Assembly (NCBI GenBank): GCA_965216635.1
Contig: OZ244188.1
Location: 256,001 to 320,000 of the forward strand
From: a bacterium
Lineage (GTDB): Bacteria > SAR324 > XYD2-FULL-50-16 > G965216635
DNA: 64,000 nucleotides
Direction: 5' to 3'
This document shows, piece by piece, positions 9,290-19,854 of the stretch. The translations under genes and the position numbers were made by a program. The notes under the pieces are model-generated. The model searched no databases, was not told where the DNA came from, and saw nothing but the letters and a program-made list of their open reading frames with translations. Within the stretch, counting starts at the first letter, position 1. Every line of letters begins with the position of its first letter.

Positions 9290-10824
9290 ACAATCAAATT
9301 TTGTTTGTCTAGGAAGCGGTAGTGCACAGCTTCGGCGAGGTGGGCGACTGCTACCGTTTCTTTTTTGTCAAGGTCTGCGATGGTGCGAGAAATTTTCAAA
9401 ATTCTATCATAAGCTCTACTAGAAAAATTAATTTTTTCCATTGTGGCACGCAGAAAATTAGAACCTTCTTTATTCAGTTCACAAAAAATTTCAATTTGCC
9501 TGCGACTCATATCAGAATTTGTTTTAGTTGTACTTTTTTTAAATCGTTCTTTTTGGATAGCAGCAACAGCCATCACTTTTTCTAAAACCATACGACTGCT
9601 AGATTCCGTTTCTGTTTGCTGCATTTCATCAAAGGAAAGATGGGGCATTTCTATTTGTAGGTCAATTCTGTCTAATAGTGGTCCAGAAATACGCGAGCGA
9701 TATTTTTGAATTTGGTAGGGAGTGCAATTACAACTATGCAGCGAGCTTCCATAATAACCGCAAGGGCAGGGGTTCATTGCACATACAAGCAAAAATCCAG
9801 TGGGTAGGGTGATACTCATATTTGCTCGGGAAATAGTGACCTCTTTGGCTTCCATAGGTTGTCTAAGGTTTTCTAAAGTTGTTCTTTGAAATTCTGGAAG
9901 TTCATCTAAAAAAAGCACTCCATTATGAGCGAGGGATGCTTCTCCAGCTTTAGGTTGACTACCTCCTCCAATAAGTCCAGCGGGTGAAATTGTATGGTGC
10001 GGAGAGCGGAAAGGTCTTTCAGTTGAGATTTCTTCGGTTTTTCTTAAATTTCCAGTCGCTGAATGAATTTGGATTAAGCTTAAACACTCTGCTATACTCA
10101 ACGGAGGTAGGATTGTTTTTAATCTACGAGCAAGCATTGTTTTTCCAGTTCCTGGGGGACCACAAAATAAAATATTGTGATTACCAGCAGCAGCTATTTC
10201 TAAAGCTCTTTTTGCTTTTTGTTGTCCTTTTACTTCGTTTAAATCTTCAGCGTAGTAGGGCAATTCTATTTTAGGTGGCTGATATTGAGCTAGAATAAGT
10301 TCTTTTCCAAAATCAAAAAAATCTATCACCTGTTTTAAATTTTCGGCTAGATATATTTCCATTCCTTCTACTAGGCTTGCTTCTTTTTGGTTTTCTGCAG
10401 GTAAAATGATTTTGCGGATGCCTTTTTTTTTAGCAGCTAAAAGAATTGGCAAGATGCCCTGCACCGAGCGAATTTTTCCTTGCAAAGACAATTCTCCGAC
10501 TAAAAGAAATTCTTTGATTTTGTCTTTGGGTATGTTGTGATTAGCGGCAAGAATAGCAATCGCCAAGGGTAAGTCAAATCCTGTGCCCTGTTTTTTTAAG
10601 TTCACAGGGGCAAGATTGACTATGACTTTATAAAGATAAAAACCTTTGAGGAGATAGTTGAGAGAAGCAAAAATACGGTCTCTACTTTCACGAATAATAT
10701 TATCGGGCAAGCCTACGATATTAAAATAACTAGTGCCTGAACTAACCTCTACTTCTACAGTTACTAGGTGGGCTTCTATACCCCAAAGAGTGGCGGTGTT
10801 TGTAATTGCAATACTAGAAGCCAT
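9286..10824 (-). CDS. comM: YifB/ComM Mg-chelatase-like AAA ATPase
   Basis: Motifs VGLPD, NLAP..K.G..FDLP, GPPGTGKTM, PFRSPHH and SGPLLDRID. Likely start is MASSI at 10824. Confidence 0.95.
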   Translation of the reverse strand: MASSIAITNTATLWGIEAHLVTVEVEVSSGTSYFNIVGLPDNIIRESRDRIFASLNYLLKGFYLYKVIVNLAPVNLKKQGTGFDLPLAIAILAANHNIPKDKIKEFLLVGELSLQGKIRSVQGILPILLAAKKKGIRKIILPAENQKEASLVEGMEIYLAENLKQVIDFFDFGKELILAQYQPPKIELPYYAEDLNEVKGQQKAKRALEIAAAGNHNILFCGPPGTGKTMLARRLKTILPPLSIAECLSLIQIHSATGNLRKTEEISTERPFRSPHHTISPAGLIGGGSQPKAGEASLAHNGVLFLDELPEFQRTTLENLRQPMEAKEVTISRANMSITLPTGFLLVCAMNPCPCGYYGSSLHSCNCTPYQIQKYRSRISGPLLDRIDLQIEMPHLSFDEMQQTETESSSRMVLEKVMAVAAIQKERFKKSTTKTNSDMSRRQIEIFCELNKEGSNFLRATMEKINFSSRAYDRILKISRTIADLDKKETVAVAHLAEAVHYRFLDKQNLIV

Positions 10825-12256
10825 AAAAATTATTTTTAGTAAATAGCTTAGACTGTGCATTTAATTTAGCATAAAAATCTCCTAAAAGATAGATAGAGCC
10901 AGTCACCAAAAAAATAGAATAATTTGCAAACATTCCTTTAAGGAATTTTTCTATAACCTCTTCTAAAGTTTGCGGGCTGTTGGTTTTTAAATGAGCTTTT
11001 TTTAAAGTAGTTTGAATACTAGCAATATCGCCAGCTTTGGAGTGTTTAAAATCTATGGGTAAAAACTCTATATTCAGGTGAGAGAATTTTTTGAGGGATA
11101 CAAAAATTTCCTTTTTTTGTACCCAATGGATGGCACAAAGAATTTTATCTTTAAAATGATGTTGCTGGAGATGTTTTGCTAAAGATTCTATTCCTTGAGA
11201 GTTATGAGCAGCGTCTAAAAGCAAAGTAGGTTTTATTTTTGAAATATAATGCAACCGTGCGGGCCAATGGCTCTTTTGTAGACTGGATGCTATTTTTTTT
11301 TTTGTTAGCCTTTTTTGAGGAGGCACAATAGAAAAGTAAGAAGCGAGAGCTGTAGCTATATTTTCTAATTGGTAGGTAGATATTGTCTGGTTTTTTACTG
11401 GGTTTTTTGCTGGGTTTTTTATTGGGTTTTTTACTGGGCTTTTTATTGGGCTTTTTATTGGGCTTTTATTCTTTGTCCGAATGGGAATTTCTAAAGTTTG
11501 TTCTGTTTTTTTTTTTTGCCATTTTTTTTGTTTAGAGAGAAAAAAATAGGTGTCTTTTCTTTTTTCTAAAAAAAAATCGTTCCCAAAAATTGTTTTTTCA
11601 TTATTCGGGAATTTATCTTGCAAAAGTTTTAAAACAGAATTTTCTTGTGAAGAGCTGATGATAAGGGATTTTTTTTTAACAATACCAAATTTTTCTTGAG
11701 CGATTTCAAGCAAACTATTCCCTAGAAATTCTGTGTGATCTAAAGAAATAGGAGAAAAAATACAGGCAAGACTTTTAGGGATTGCATTGGTAGAATCCAT
11801 TCTTCCTCCCATACCCGTCTCTAATAAAATGTAGTCTGGTTTTTTTTTTTTAAACCAAAAAAAAGCAAGTCCGATACTAAATTCAAAAAAAGTCGGTTTG
11901 ACGAGCCAATTTTTATCATTCTTAGAATAAGGGTCTATGCAGCAAATTTCACAAATTTCATCAAAATTTTCTTTTAACTCTGCATCGGAAATCTGTTTGG
12001 CTTGAAAACGAAATCTTTCATTGTAGTCTAATAAATGCGGTGAGGTTGTCATACATACTTTAAAACCACTATCTATTAAGAGTCTTTCTAAAAAACTTAG
12101 AATAGAGCCTTTGCCATTTGTGCCTGCTATGTGAATGATGGCTGGGTGGATCTGTGGATTACCTAGTTTCTCTAAAAATTTATACGTTGTCTCTAATCCT
12201 AGTCTAATATGAAACTCTCCTAATCTATAAATAAAATCCAGCAAATAGTTATCCAT
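10814..12256 (-). CDS. folC: Folylpolyglutamate synthase/dihydrofolate synthase
   Basis: Motifs IHIAGTNGKGS, TSPHL, ETGMGGRMDSTN and LDAAHN. Likely start is MDNYLL. Confidence 0.93.
   Translation of the reverse strand: MDNYLLDFIYRLGEFHIRLGLETTYKFLEKLGNPQIHPAIIHIAGTNGKGSILSFLERLLIDSGFKVCMTTSPHLLDYNERFRFQAKQISDAELKENFDEICEICCIDPYSKNDKNWLVKPTFFEFSIGLAFFWFKKKKPDYILLETGMGGRMDSTNAIPKSLACIFSPISLDHTEFLGNSLLEIAQEKFGIVKKKSLIISSSQENSVLKLLQDKFPNNEKTIFGNDFFLEKRKDTYFFLSKQKKWQKKKTEQTLEIPIRTKNKSPIKSPIKSPVKNPIKNPAKNPVKNQTISTYQLENIATALASYFSIVPPQKRLTKKKIASSLQKSHWPARLHYISKIKPTLLLDAAHNSQGIESLAKHLQQHHFKDKILCAIHWVQKKEIFVSLKKFSHLNIEFLPIDFKHSKAGDIASIQTTLKKAHLKTNSPQTLEEVIEKFLKGMFANYSIFLVTGSIYLLGDFYAKLNAQSKLFTKNNFYGF
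11388..11468 (-). repeat. In-frame 12-bp tandem repeat in folC (KSPI KSPI KSPV KNPI KNPA KNPV)
   Basis: About six 12-nt units visible in both DNA and protein. Confidence 0.85.
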
Positions 12257-12260
12257 TTTT

Positions 12261-12932
12261 TTAGTCTTCAGTGTTACGAAGCATCGGCACAAAAGAAACT
12301 CCACAAATTTTTCTAATAGCCAGTTTCGGGTTCTTTGGATTTTCGGATTCTTTGGTTATCTCTAGTAAATCTTGATATCCTCTTTCTCCTACGGGGGTGA
12401 TAATTTTTCCTCCTATTTTTAACTGACTGACTAATTCTTTAGGAATGAGTTTGGGAGCGCAGGAGATAAGAATAGCATCATAAGGAGAATGCTCTTGCCA
12501 GCCTTGGTGTCCATCCCCTAGTTTTAAGTGAACGTTAGAAAGAGCCATTTTTTTTAAATTATTTTTTCCCTTTAAATGAAGATAGCGAATTCTTTCAACA
12601 CTAAAAACTTGCCCCTGTGAACTTAACAAAAGTTTTGCTAAGATAGCTGTTTGGTAACCGCACCCTGTGCCTATTTCCAAGATATTTTGACACTTTGCTT
12701 TTAAGACAAGTTCTGTCATTAAGGCTACAATGTAAGGTTGTGATATTGTCTGTCCCGCTCCTATAGGTAGAGGTCTATCGTCGTAGGCTTGGAGTTGGTA
12801 GTTTTCTGCTACAAAAAGATGACGAGGCACCTGCTCCATAGCCTTTAATAGATCTGGATTTTGAACGCCCCGAAAAATGATTTGCTCGCGTATCATTTTT
12901 TCGGTTTTTTTCATCCAGTTATTTTTTGCCAT
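12261..12932 (-). CDS. pcm: Protein-L-isoaspartate O-methyltransferase
   Basis: Motifs VPRHLF, GQTISQP, LEIGTGCGYQ and VSFVPM. Confidence 0.95.
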   Translation of the reverse strand: MAKNNWMKKTEKMIREQIIFRGVQNPDLLKAMEQVPRHLFVAENYQLQAYDDRPLPIGAGQTISQPYIVALMTELVLKAKCQNILEIGTGCGYQTAILAKLLLSSQGQVFSVERIRYLHLKGKNNLKKMALSNVHLKLGDGHQGWQEHSPYDAILISCAPKLIPKELVSQLKIGGKIITPVGERGYQDLLEITKESENPKNPKLAIRKICGVSFVPMLRNTED

Positions 12933-12998
12933 TGATTTTTTGCCAATTATTTTTTACCAATTATTTTTTACCAGTTATTTTTTGCCAGTATTTTTTTT
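12914..12998. repeat. ~14-bp tandem repeat TTATTTTTT(G/A)CCA(G/A) at the pcm start
   Basis: About 6 degenerate copies. Confidence 0.75.
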
Positions 12999-13012
12999 AT
13001 GGGTAGCATCCA

Positions 13013-13429
13013 CTAATTCAAAATATCTGGTTTTACCAGACTAAAAGTAGGGATAAGAACTTCAAAGGTTTCTGAAGAAGTAATATAACACATTGTAAAA
13101 GCACCATGCATAGAACCTACAGGAGTAGATATTTGAGCCCAGCTATCGTATTCAAATTTTTCTTGTGGTGCAAAAAATGGTTGTTGCCCTACTACCCCCT
13201 CTCCTTGCACGATGCGTTTTTCTCCATCTGCGTTTTCAATAACCCATCTACGAGATAAAAGCTGCACATTCTCTTCGGTTAAATTTTGAATAGTTATAAA
13301 ATAACCAAAAGCATAAATATTTTCTGTATCACTAGAATATTGCGGCAAATAAAATGTTTGTATGGAAATAGATATATTTTTATCTATGGATTGTATTTTT
13401 TCTGATAAATTTTTTTTTGAAAAAAGCAT
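13013..13429 (-). CDS. apaG: ApaG protein
   Basis: QLLSRRWVI...V.GEGVVGQQP...GSMHG. Confidence 0.93.
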   Translation of the reverse strand: MLFSKKNLSEKIQSIDKNISISIQTFYLPQYSSDTENIYAFGYFITIQNLTEENVQLLSRRWVIENADGEKRIVQGEGVVGQQPFFAPQEKFEYDSWAQISTPVGSMHGAFTMCYITSSETFEVLIPTFSLVKPDILN

Positions 13430-13596
13430 AGCTCAAAAGGTCTCTCTAATTAATTGATAACTCCTAGCAAGAAGTCTTTGTAGCATATTTTTAGGAAAAA
13501 TCCAAACTTCAGTTTTTACAAAATTTTACTTCTTTTTTTCTGTGTTGAATAAAATTGTAGATATTTGTAAACTAAAAGAGACTAAAAAAACAAAAA

Positions 13597-16005
13597 ATGG
13601 CATACAACCCCGCAAAAATAGAGCCCAAGTGGCAAAACTACTGGCTTAAAAACAAAATTTTTAAAGCAGAACTTAACCACGAAAAAAAAAAATTTTATTG
13701 TCTTGATATGTTTCCTTATCCTTCAGGGAATGGATTGCATGTGGGGCATCCCGAAGGCTATACGGCAACGGATATCTATTGTCGTTATAAAAGAATGAAA
13801 GGCTTTAATGTTTTGCATACAATGGGCTGGGATGCTTTTGGCTTGCCTGCTGAACAATACGCCTTAAAAACAGGAGTACATCCCGCAAAGACAACGAAAA
13901 AAAATATTGCTACCTTTAAAAAACAGATCCAATCACTAGGTTTTTCTTACGACTGGGATAGAGAAATCAACACTACAGATCCTGATTATTATAAATGGAC
14001 TCAATGGATATTTTTGAAAATTTTCAAAAAAAATTTGGCTTATCAAGAAGAAGCTCCAGTAAATTGGTGTCCTGGGTTAAAAGCTGTTTTATCCCACGAA
14101 GAAGTAGCTGATGGACTTTCTGTAGAAGGGGGGCATCCAGTCTATCAAAAAAATTTAAGACAATGGAAATTAAAAATCACTGCCTATGCAGATGCACTTT
14201 TAAAAGATTTAGAAAAACTAGATTGGCCCGAGGCTATTAAAGAGCAGCAACGCAACTGGATCGGAAAATCGCAAGGTGTGATTGTTAAATTTTTGGTAGC
14301 ACAAAAGCAAAATTTATTTTTTGAGATTTATACGACAAGAGCAGACACTCTTTTTGGAGCGACCTACTGCGTGTTAGCACCCGAACACCCACTTTTGACG
14401 AAGATTACTACCCTTGAAAAACTTGATGCAGTAGAAAAATATTTAGCACAAAGCCTCGTTAAAAGTGAACGAGAAAGGATGAGTGAAAAAAAAAAAACAG
14501 GAGTTTTCACTGGTGCTTATGCTATCAATCCAGTGAACCAAGAAAAAATACCGATTTGGGTTTCCGATTATGTTTTGATTAGCTATGGCACAGGAGCTAT
14601 TATGGCAGTTCCAGCCCACGATCAAAGAGACTACGAATTTGCAAAAAACTTCAATTTAGAAATCAGGAAAGTTGTATTTGGGGGCAACCTCAGTGAAGAA
14701 GCTTATAGCGGAGAAGGAAAAATTGTAAACAGTGATTTTCTTAATGGTCTAAACTCTAAAGAAGCAATCCAAAAAATCACAGAATACTTAGTGCAAAAAA
14801 AACTAGGAAAAAAAGAAACTCACTACAAACTGAGAGATTGGCTTTTTTCAAGACAACGTTATTGGGGCGAGCCTATACCTATATTTTTTGACGAAAAGGG
14901 CAATCCAGTTCCTCTGGACGAAAAAGAATTGCCTTTGCTACTACCTGAAACAGATTCTTTTACTCCGTTGGATAACGGAGAAAGCAGACTAGCAGCTATA
15001 GAAAATTGGATAAAGTTCAAAAAAGAAGACAAAAATTATACAAGAGAAAGCAATACTATGCCGCAATGGGCTGGTAGTTGTTGGTATTATTTGAGATTTG
15101 TGGACCCGCAAAATAAAAATCAGGCTTGGTCTGAAGAAGCAGAAAAATATTGGATGCCGGTAGACCTTTATGTAGGCGGAGCGGAGCACGCCGTTTTGCA
15201 CCTTTTGTATGCCCGATTTTGGCATAAGGTTCTTTATGACTGTGGATTGGTTCATACCAAAGAGCCTTTTCAAAAATTGCTTAATCAAGGAATGATTTTA
15301 GGTAGTGACGGTCAGAAGATGTCTAAATCTAGAGGAAATGTAATCAACCCCGATGAGATTGTAGCTGAGTTCGGCGCAGATTCTTTAAGGCTTTACGAAA
15401 TGTTTATGGGTCCCTTAGACAAAGCCAAGCCTTGGCAAATAAACGGAGCGGATGGGATTTTTCGCTTCTTAAATCGTGTTTGGAATATGGTTGTGGACTC
15501 CGTTGACAAGCTGGATTCTAGCATCCAAGAAATAGAAGCGAGTGAAGAAGATAAAAAATTGTTACACCGCACAATCAAAAAAGTAGGCGAAGATATAGAA
15601 GCTATCCATTTAAATACAGCCATCTCAGAAATGATGATTTTCGTCAATCAATTTTCTAAAAACAGAGTAAAACCCTTAGAAATTGTAAGAAATTTTATTT
15701 TATTACTCTCCCCCTTTGCTCCTCATCTGGCAGAAGAGCTTTGGCAAAAAATTGGAGAAAAAGAAAGTCTCGCTTACCACCCTTGGCCCCTTTATCAAGA
15801 AAAATATCTAGTCCAAGAGAGCTATATATTACCCGTACAAATCAATGGAAAAGTGCGGCTACAACTCAAGGCACGAATAGGAGAAACCCAAGAAAATATA
15901 CTGAAAAAAATAAGGCAAGAAGAAAAACTAGAAAAATATCTCAAAGGAAAAGAAATCAAAAAAATCATCTTTGTTCCAGATAAAATAATGAATTTGGTGC
16001 TCTGA
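13597..16005 (+). CDS. leuS: Leucine--tRNA ligase
   Basis: MFPYPSG-LHVGH and KMSKS motifs; 802 aa. Confidence 0.98.
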   Translation: MAYNPAKIEPKWQNYWLKNKIFKAELNHEKKKFYCLDMFPYPSGNGLHVGHPEGYTATDIYCRYKRMKGFNVLHTMGWDAFGLPAEQYALKTGVHPAKTTKKNIATFKKQIQSLGFSYDWDREINTTDPDYYKWTQWIFLKIFKKNLAYQEEAPVNWCPGLKAVLSHEEVADGLSVEGGHPVYQKNLRQWKLKITAYADALLKDLEKLDWPEAIKEQQRNWIGKSQGVIVKFLVAQKQNLFFEIYTTRADTLFGATYCVLAPEHPLLTKITTLEKLDAVEKYLAQSLVKSERERMSEKKKTGVFTGAYAINPVNQEKIPIWVSDYVLISYGTGAIMAVPAHDQRDYEFAKNFNLEIRKVVFGGNLSEEAYSGEGKIVNSDFLNGLNSKEAIQKITEYLVQKKLGKKETHYKLRDWLFSRQRYWGEPIPIFFDEKGNPVPLDEKELPLLLPETDSFTPLDNGESRLAAIENWIKFKKEDKNYTRESNTMPQWAGSCWYYLRFVDPQNKNQAWSEEAEKYWMPVDLYVGGAEHAVLHLLYARFWHKVLYDCGLVHTKEPFQKLLNQGMILGSDGQKMSKSRGNVINPDEIVAEFGADSLRLYEMFMGPLDKAKPWQINGADGIFRFLNRVWNMVVDSVDKLDSSIQEIEASEEDKKLLHRTIKKVGEDIEAIHLNTAISEMMIFVNQFSKNRVKPLEIVRNFILLLSPFAPHLAEELWQKIGEKESLAYHPWPLYQEKYLVQESYILPVQINGKVRLQLKARIGETQENILKKIRQEEKLEKYLKGKEIKKIIFVPDKIMNLVL

Positions 16006-16319
16006 TACCCTAATACCTGATACCCGAAACTATGAAATTAAGATATTTTTTTGAGTAAGTTAGGGGTTGATAATATTTCAATAAAGTATTAAAAATAAAA
16101 GAAATACAGACCTAGAAGAAAAGAGACCTATTTTTGACTATTTAAAATTGAACACAGAAACAATAGAAAAATATTTAAAAAAAGAAAAAAACAACATTAC
16201 TAACACTAAGGTCAAAAATTTTAGTCAAAAATTCTTATCAGGGATAAAAGATGCTAAAAATATGGTGACTGTGTTTGAATTTTTTAAAGATTTGTTTTAA
16301 AGAAAAATAAAAAAGTTAT

Positions 16320-16575
16320 GTTTTTTTATTTTTGTGTTATTATTCTTTGTAAAGTTTTATAAAAATAAAACTGAATAACCTAAATTAACTAAAAAAAAGA
16401 TTGACTATTTTTATTTTTTTAGTTACTCTTTGTAAAGTTTTATAAAAATAAAACTGAATAACCTAAATTAACTATAAAAAGACTATGGAATCTCAAAAAA
16501 TTATGCAAACAAAAGAAATTATGCAAACAAAAGAAATCATGCAAACAAAAAAAACTATGCAAACAAAAGAAATTG
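16320..16575 (+). repeat. ~75-bp tandem duplication of the upstream region plus 18-bp MQTKEI repeats
   Basis: CTTTGTAAAGTTTTATAAAAATAAAACTGAATAACCTAAATTAACTA occurs twice, and ATGCAAACAAAA occurs 4 times. Confidence 0.85.
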
Positions 16576-17774
16576 TGAAATTAAGCAAAATAACACTGGC
16601 AATTTTAGCTTCGCTTTCGTGCTTGCTTTTACTTTTTGCGGGAGTAAATAATCTGCAAGCCCAAGAAGCAAGACAGCAAGGTTGGTCTATCGGGGTTAGT
16701 CCCTTTTATCTAGGTGCTAAAATCAAAACCACTACAGAAAACACCACCCTTAGAGAAGTAGTAACAACTGGAACCAGAACATTGGATTCTACGAGTGTGG
16801 CATTCAGTGCGAGTACCACCGATAATGTATCTTCGGGCGAAACTGCAGGTGTAGAGGGTGCATTGTTAGCGACTGGTGCTATAAGTTACAGCTCCAATTA
16901 CAACGCAATAGTAATCGCTGCTGTAGTGAATATTTGTGAAGATGGCACCTACGATAATAGTCCTGGAATCTATTCTTCTCGTCAGTTTGACGCAAATTCT
17001 AATCCAGCATCCTCTACAGCAACGACAGATACAGCTGCCTGTTTCAAGTACTTCCAAGGGCTAGATCTAACCTCTTTTAGTGAATTTTTAACAGGAACAG
17101 TTGTAGATTCTTCCACTACATCTGTTTCCGTTAGCAACGAAAATACCAATTTAGCAGGTAACGGATTGGAACTAGGCTACAGCTTTGAAAAGTTTCGCCT
17201 TTCTTTTAGCCTACACCAATGGAGTGCTGGAGACGATAAACTGAACAGTCAAATGGTGCTGGTGGATTACTTCCTGCCCTACGGGCTTTATGCAGGAGCT
17301 GGTTTAGCCCAAGCCAAGCTAGAAACTCCGCTAGGCTCAGATTCAAAAATAGCCCCCGCCGTTCGTTTTGGCTATAAGCGAAATTTTAGCAAAAACTTTT
17401 CTATAGAAGCGGGACTGCTGTGGGTGGGGACAAAGCTCTCTATAAAACATACCAATGCAGCACCATTAGCAACAACAAGCTCAGCAGCGGAGCCGCTACC
17501 GATTCCTATTACCAGATCTGCATTGGTTGGAGGTCTTATAAATGCTCCAATTAGTAATATTTTATTGTATTTTGTAGATGATAGAAATAATCAATTAAGC
17601 CTCGCAGGAACTACTGATGAAGATAGAAGAATACGAGTAGACGGAACAGTAACTCCAACCTACACTGAAGGACAACAGGAGCCCCTACCCCCAAGAACTG
17701 TACCTACAAAAACAACAATAGAAGTAGAAGCACCAGCTTCTCTTTTTATTCGCTTCGTCTTAAAATTTCGCTAA
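16485..17774 (+). CDS. Putative outer-membrane beta-barrel protein with large Ser/Thr-rich insertions
   Basis: Signal peptide ending LQA-QE; amphipathic strands (GWSIGVSPFY, GLELGYSF, GLYAGAG, VRFGYK, FSIEAGLLW); C-terminal strand LFIRFVLKF. The true start is uncertain among the repeated Met codons. Confidence 0.6.
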   Translation: MESQKIMQTKEIMQTKEIMQTKKTMQTKEIVKLSKITLAILASLSCLLLLFAGVNNLQAQEARQQGWSIGVSPFYLGAKIKTTTENTTLREVVTTGTRTLDSTSVAFSASTTDNVSSGETAGVEGALLATGAISYSSNYNAIVIAAVVNICEDGTYDNSPGIYSSRQFDANSNPASSTATTDTAACFKYFQGLDLTSFSEFLTGTVVDSSTTSVSVSNENTNLAGNGLELGYSFEKFRLSFSLHQWSAGDDKLNSQMVLVDYFLPYGLYAGAGLAQAKLETPLGSDSKIAPAVRFGYKRNFSKNFSIEAGLLWVGTKLSIKHTNAAPLATTSSAAEPLPIPITRSALVGGLINAPISNILLYFVDDRNNQLSLAGTTDEDRRIRVDGTVTPTYTEGQQEPLPPRTVPTKTTIEVEAPASLFIRFVLKFR

Positions 17775-17895
17775 AGAAAATATCAAGAAATTTATCGTTT
17801 TTTTTTCTTTAAAGCCTATCAGAATTTTAGACGGTTTTTTATTATTTGCTTGACTTTAGCGGATTTGTTTATTATTATTATAGAAATAAATAATA

Positions 17896-17974
17896 TAGAC
17901 TGTCGTTTTGTCCTATTTGGCAAATAGGACAAAACTAGCTGTTTAGCCTAAACAGAACGCAAATTCAAAAGTCT
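17896..17974. mobile_element. MITE, degenerate left end
   Basis: TAGACTGTCG...CAAATTCAAAAGTCT with an internal GTTTTGTCCTATTTG-G-CAAATAGGACAAAAC palindrome. Confidence 0.7.
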
Positions 17975-17991
17975 TATTTTTATTTACTGTA

Positions 17992-19245
17992 CTACAGACT
18001 GGAAGTAAAAAGAGCAGGACGACTAGCAGAAAAAGATGAAATAAGAGATTGATAGCTTGTTTTTTCTTGGACAGCTAAATCCACGAGTATTCTTCCGTAG
18101 AGCGGTGTGAATTTAAAACTACGGCCCGAAGAATCGCAAAAAACAGCTGCTTTGGGAAAGTAGTTATCCGACTCTGGTGTAGTAGGTATTCTACTCAATA
18201 TTATTTCTCCATCTGGACTAACAGAATAGGGGCAAGCTGCTTCTAATTGGGGCGTTAAATCTAATACACCTTCTCGGATTCGGTTTTGCAGATGATTTTT
18301 TATATCTTCTATGATTTGGGGATCAAAATTTTCTTTTTTGGCTTGCTCTGGTTTTTCTAGCTTTGTGTTTGTGCAGTCTTTTGCTGTTTTTAGCATTCCT
18401 TTAGTCGCTTCGTTAAAATCCAAATTGGTAATAGCGTAAAAAAGATTTTGGTCTGTCTGTGTAAAATTACCAAATTCATACCAGATAGGCAAACACGATT
18501 GTTCGTAGGATTTTAGCAAAATCTTAAAATAGGCGTAGCTCATCATCCATATTTCCCAGTTTTTAGGAGCTAGTCTGAAATGTTTCAAACATTCGCTCAA
18601 CCAAATTCCAGGGCAGAGAATCAGACTTGTAGTTTGTAGACTTTGGCTCGTCTGCTCTCCTGTGCACTGGAGATGCCATTCTTCCGCTTCCCTTGAAATA
18701 TTTGATACTGTGGTGTTTTCGTAGATGCTCAAATTCCCTGTTTTCAAGCCGTATTCTTTCAAAACAGAAAAAGAGCTGGTTAAATCAATAGAGGCTGCGT
18801 TGTTTTGTAGCATCCCTACATATTCTTTCGGAAATTTATTGCAATCAAAAATGGGAAAGGCTTCTGCTATTTCTTGCGGTGATTTGAAGTATTGGTAAGG
18901 AATACCCATTTCTTGCATTTGGGTTTTTACTTTTAATATGCTATTTTCATAAGGGTTGTATCCTTGCTCGTATCCAAAAAATAATAGGCTGTTTTCTGCT
19001 AGTATTTTTCTTTGTGCCATTTTTTCTAGTTCGTACCAGCCTGCAAGGGAGGCTTCTGCTAACCTGACTTTTTCTTCTTTGGAGTAAAGAATACGAAAGC
19101 ACCTATCAAATCCTCGTGAGCTATTTTTGTCACTATGAATCTGGTGCTGTTCTATTAAGGCAGTTTTTAATCCTCGTTTTGCAGAGTTGAAAGCAGCTGA
19201 TAGTCCTATAGTGCCTCCTCCTATTACAATAAGATCGTATTTCAT
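17992..19245 (-). CDS. FAD-dependent oxidoreductase, sarcosine oxidase/SolA-like
   Basis: YDLIVIGGGTIGLSAA, SSRG..R.FR and SGRSFKFTP motifs. The ATG overlaps the crcB stop. Confidence 0.82.
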   Translation of the reverse strand: MKYDLIVIGGGTIGLSAAFNSAKRGLKTALIEQHQIHSDKNSSRGFDRCFRILYSKEEKVRLAEASLAGWYELEKMAQRKILAENSLLFFGYEQGYNPYENSILKVKTQMQEMGIPYQYFKSPQEIAEAFPIFDCNKFPKEYVGMLQNNAASIDLTSSFSVLKEYGLKTGNLSIYENTTVSNISREAEEWHLQCTGEQTSQSLQTTSLILCPGIWLSECLKHFRLAPKNWEIWMMSYAYFKILLKSYEQSCLPIWYEFGNFTQTDQNLFYAITNLDFNEATKGMLKTAKDCTNTKLEKPEQAKKENFDPQIIEDIKNHLQNRIREGVLDLTPQLEAACPYSVSPDGEIILSRIPTTPESDNYFPKAAVFCDSSGRSFKFTPLYGRILVDLAVQEKTSYQSLISSFSASRPALFTSSL

Positions 19246-19631
19246 AAAAAAATAGTTCGTGTGAGGTAAATACCCAACAAAGTAGCCAACAGGGCGCAAA
19301 AAACATTCAATACTAAATTACTTATAGCGTAAAAATAATTTCCTTGCCCTAAAAGTTGGATGGTTTCCAAAGAAAAAGTTGAAAAAGTAGTTAAAGCTCC
19401 TAAAAAACCTACCTTCAAAAAAAGATGCCAAGCCTCGCTTAAAGCGAGTTTTTGGGTGGCTATTACAAAAACAACGCCTAGCAAAAAAGAGCCTAGTAAA
19501 TTTGCAGTTAAAGTTGCCCAAGGAAAAAAAATAGCGGAGTTTTTTTGTACAAAGACAGAAATTGTATAACGTCCTAAAGAGCCTAAAGCTCCGCCAAAAG
19601 CTACAGCTAGAATTATATTGATCTTAAACAT
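19242..19631 (-). CDS. crcB: Fluoride efflux channel
   Basis: GGALGSLGRY, ANLLGSF and GFLGALTTFSTF. Confidence 0.95.
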   Translation of the reverse strand: MFKINIILAVAFGGALGSLGRYTISVFVQKNSAIFFPWATLTANLLGSFLLGVVFVIATQKLALSEAWHLFLKVGFLGALTTFSTFSLETIQLLGQGNYFYAISNLVLNVFCALLATLLGIYLTRTIFL

Positions 19632-19854
19632 CTTTTACTGTTTTTTTCTTAAAATAAATTGAGACACTTATACAAGTGTTTTGGCTAAACAAGCTAAGCT
19701 AATCTATTTAAGTTTTTTTTGCAAAGCCATCAAAAAAGTCACAATTTGAGAATTTTTACAGCGGCAGTTTTTTTTTATTAGTATTGTTTGACGAAAGGTT
19801 TTATTTTTAGTATTCTTTAAAGAAATTTTAAGAAACTAATCAGATAAAAATACT

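Noticed and set aside
900..9300. Prophage, ICE or integron at the tRNA or comM site
   Set aside because: No integrase, attC-like palindromes or phage genes. The repeats are copies of host gene ends.
16090..16300. Open frame of about 70 codons after leuS
   Set aside because: No start codon or recognisable similarity; at most a gene remnant.
19632..19800. Fluoride riboswitch upstream of crcB
   Set aside because: The GGCGATGG...CGCC core could not be found on the minus strand.
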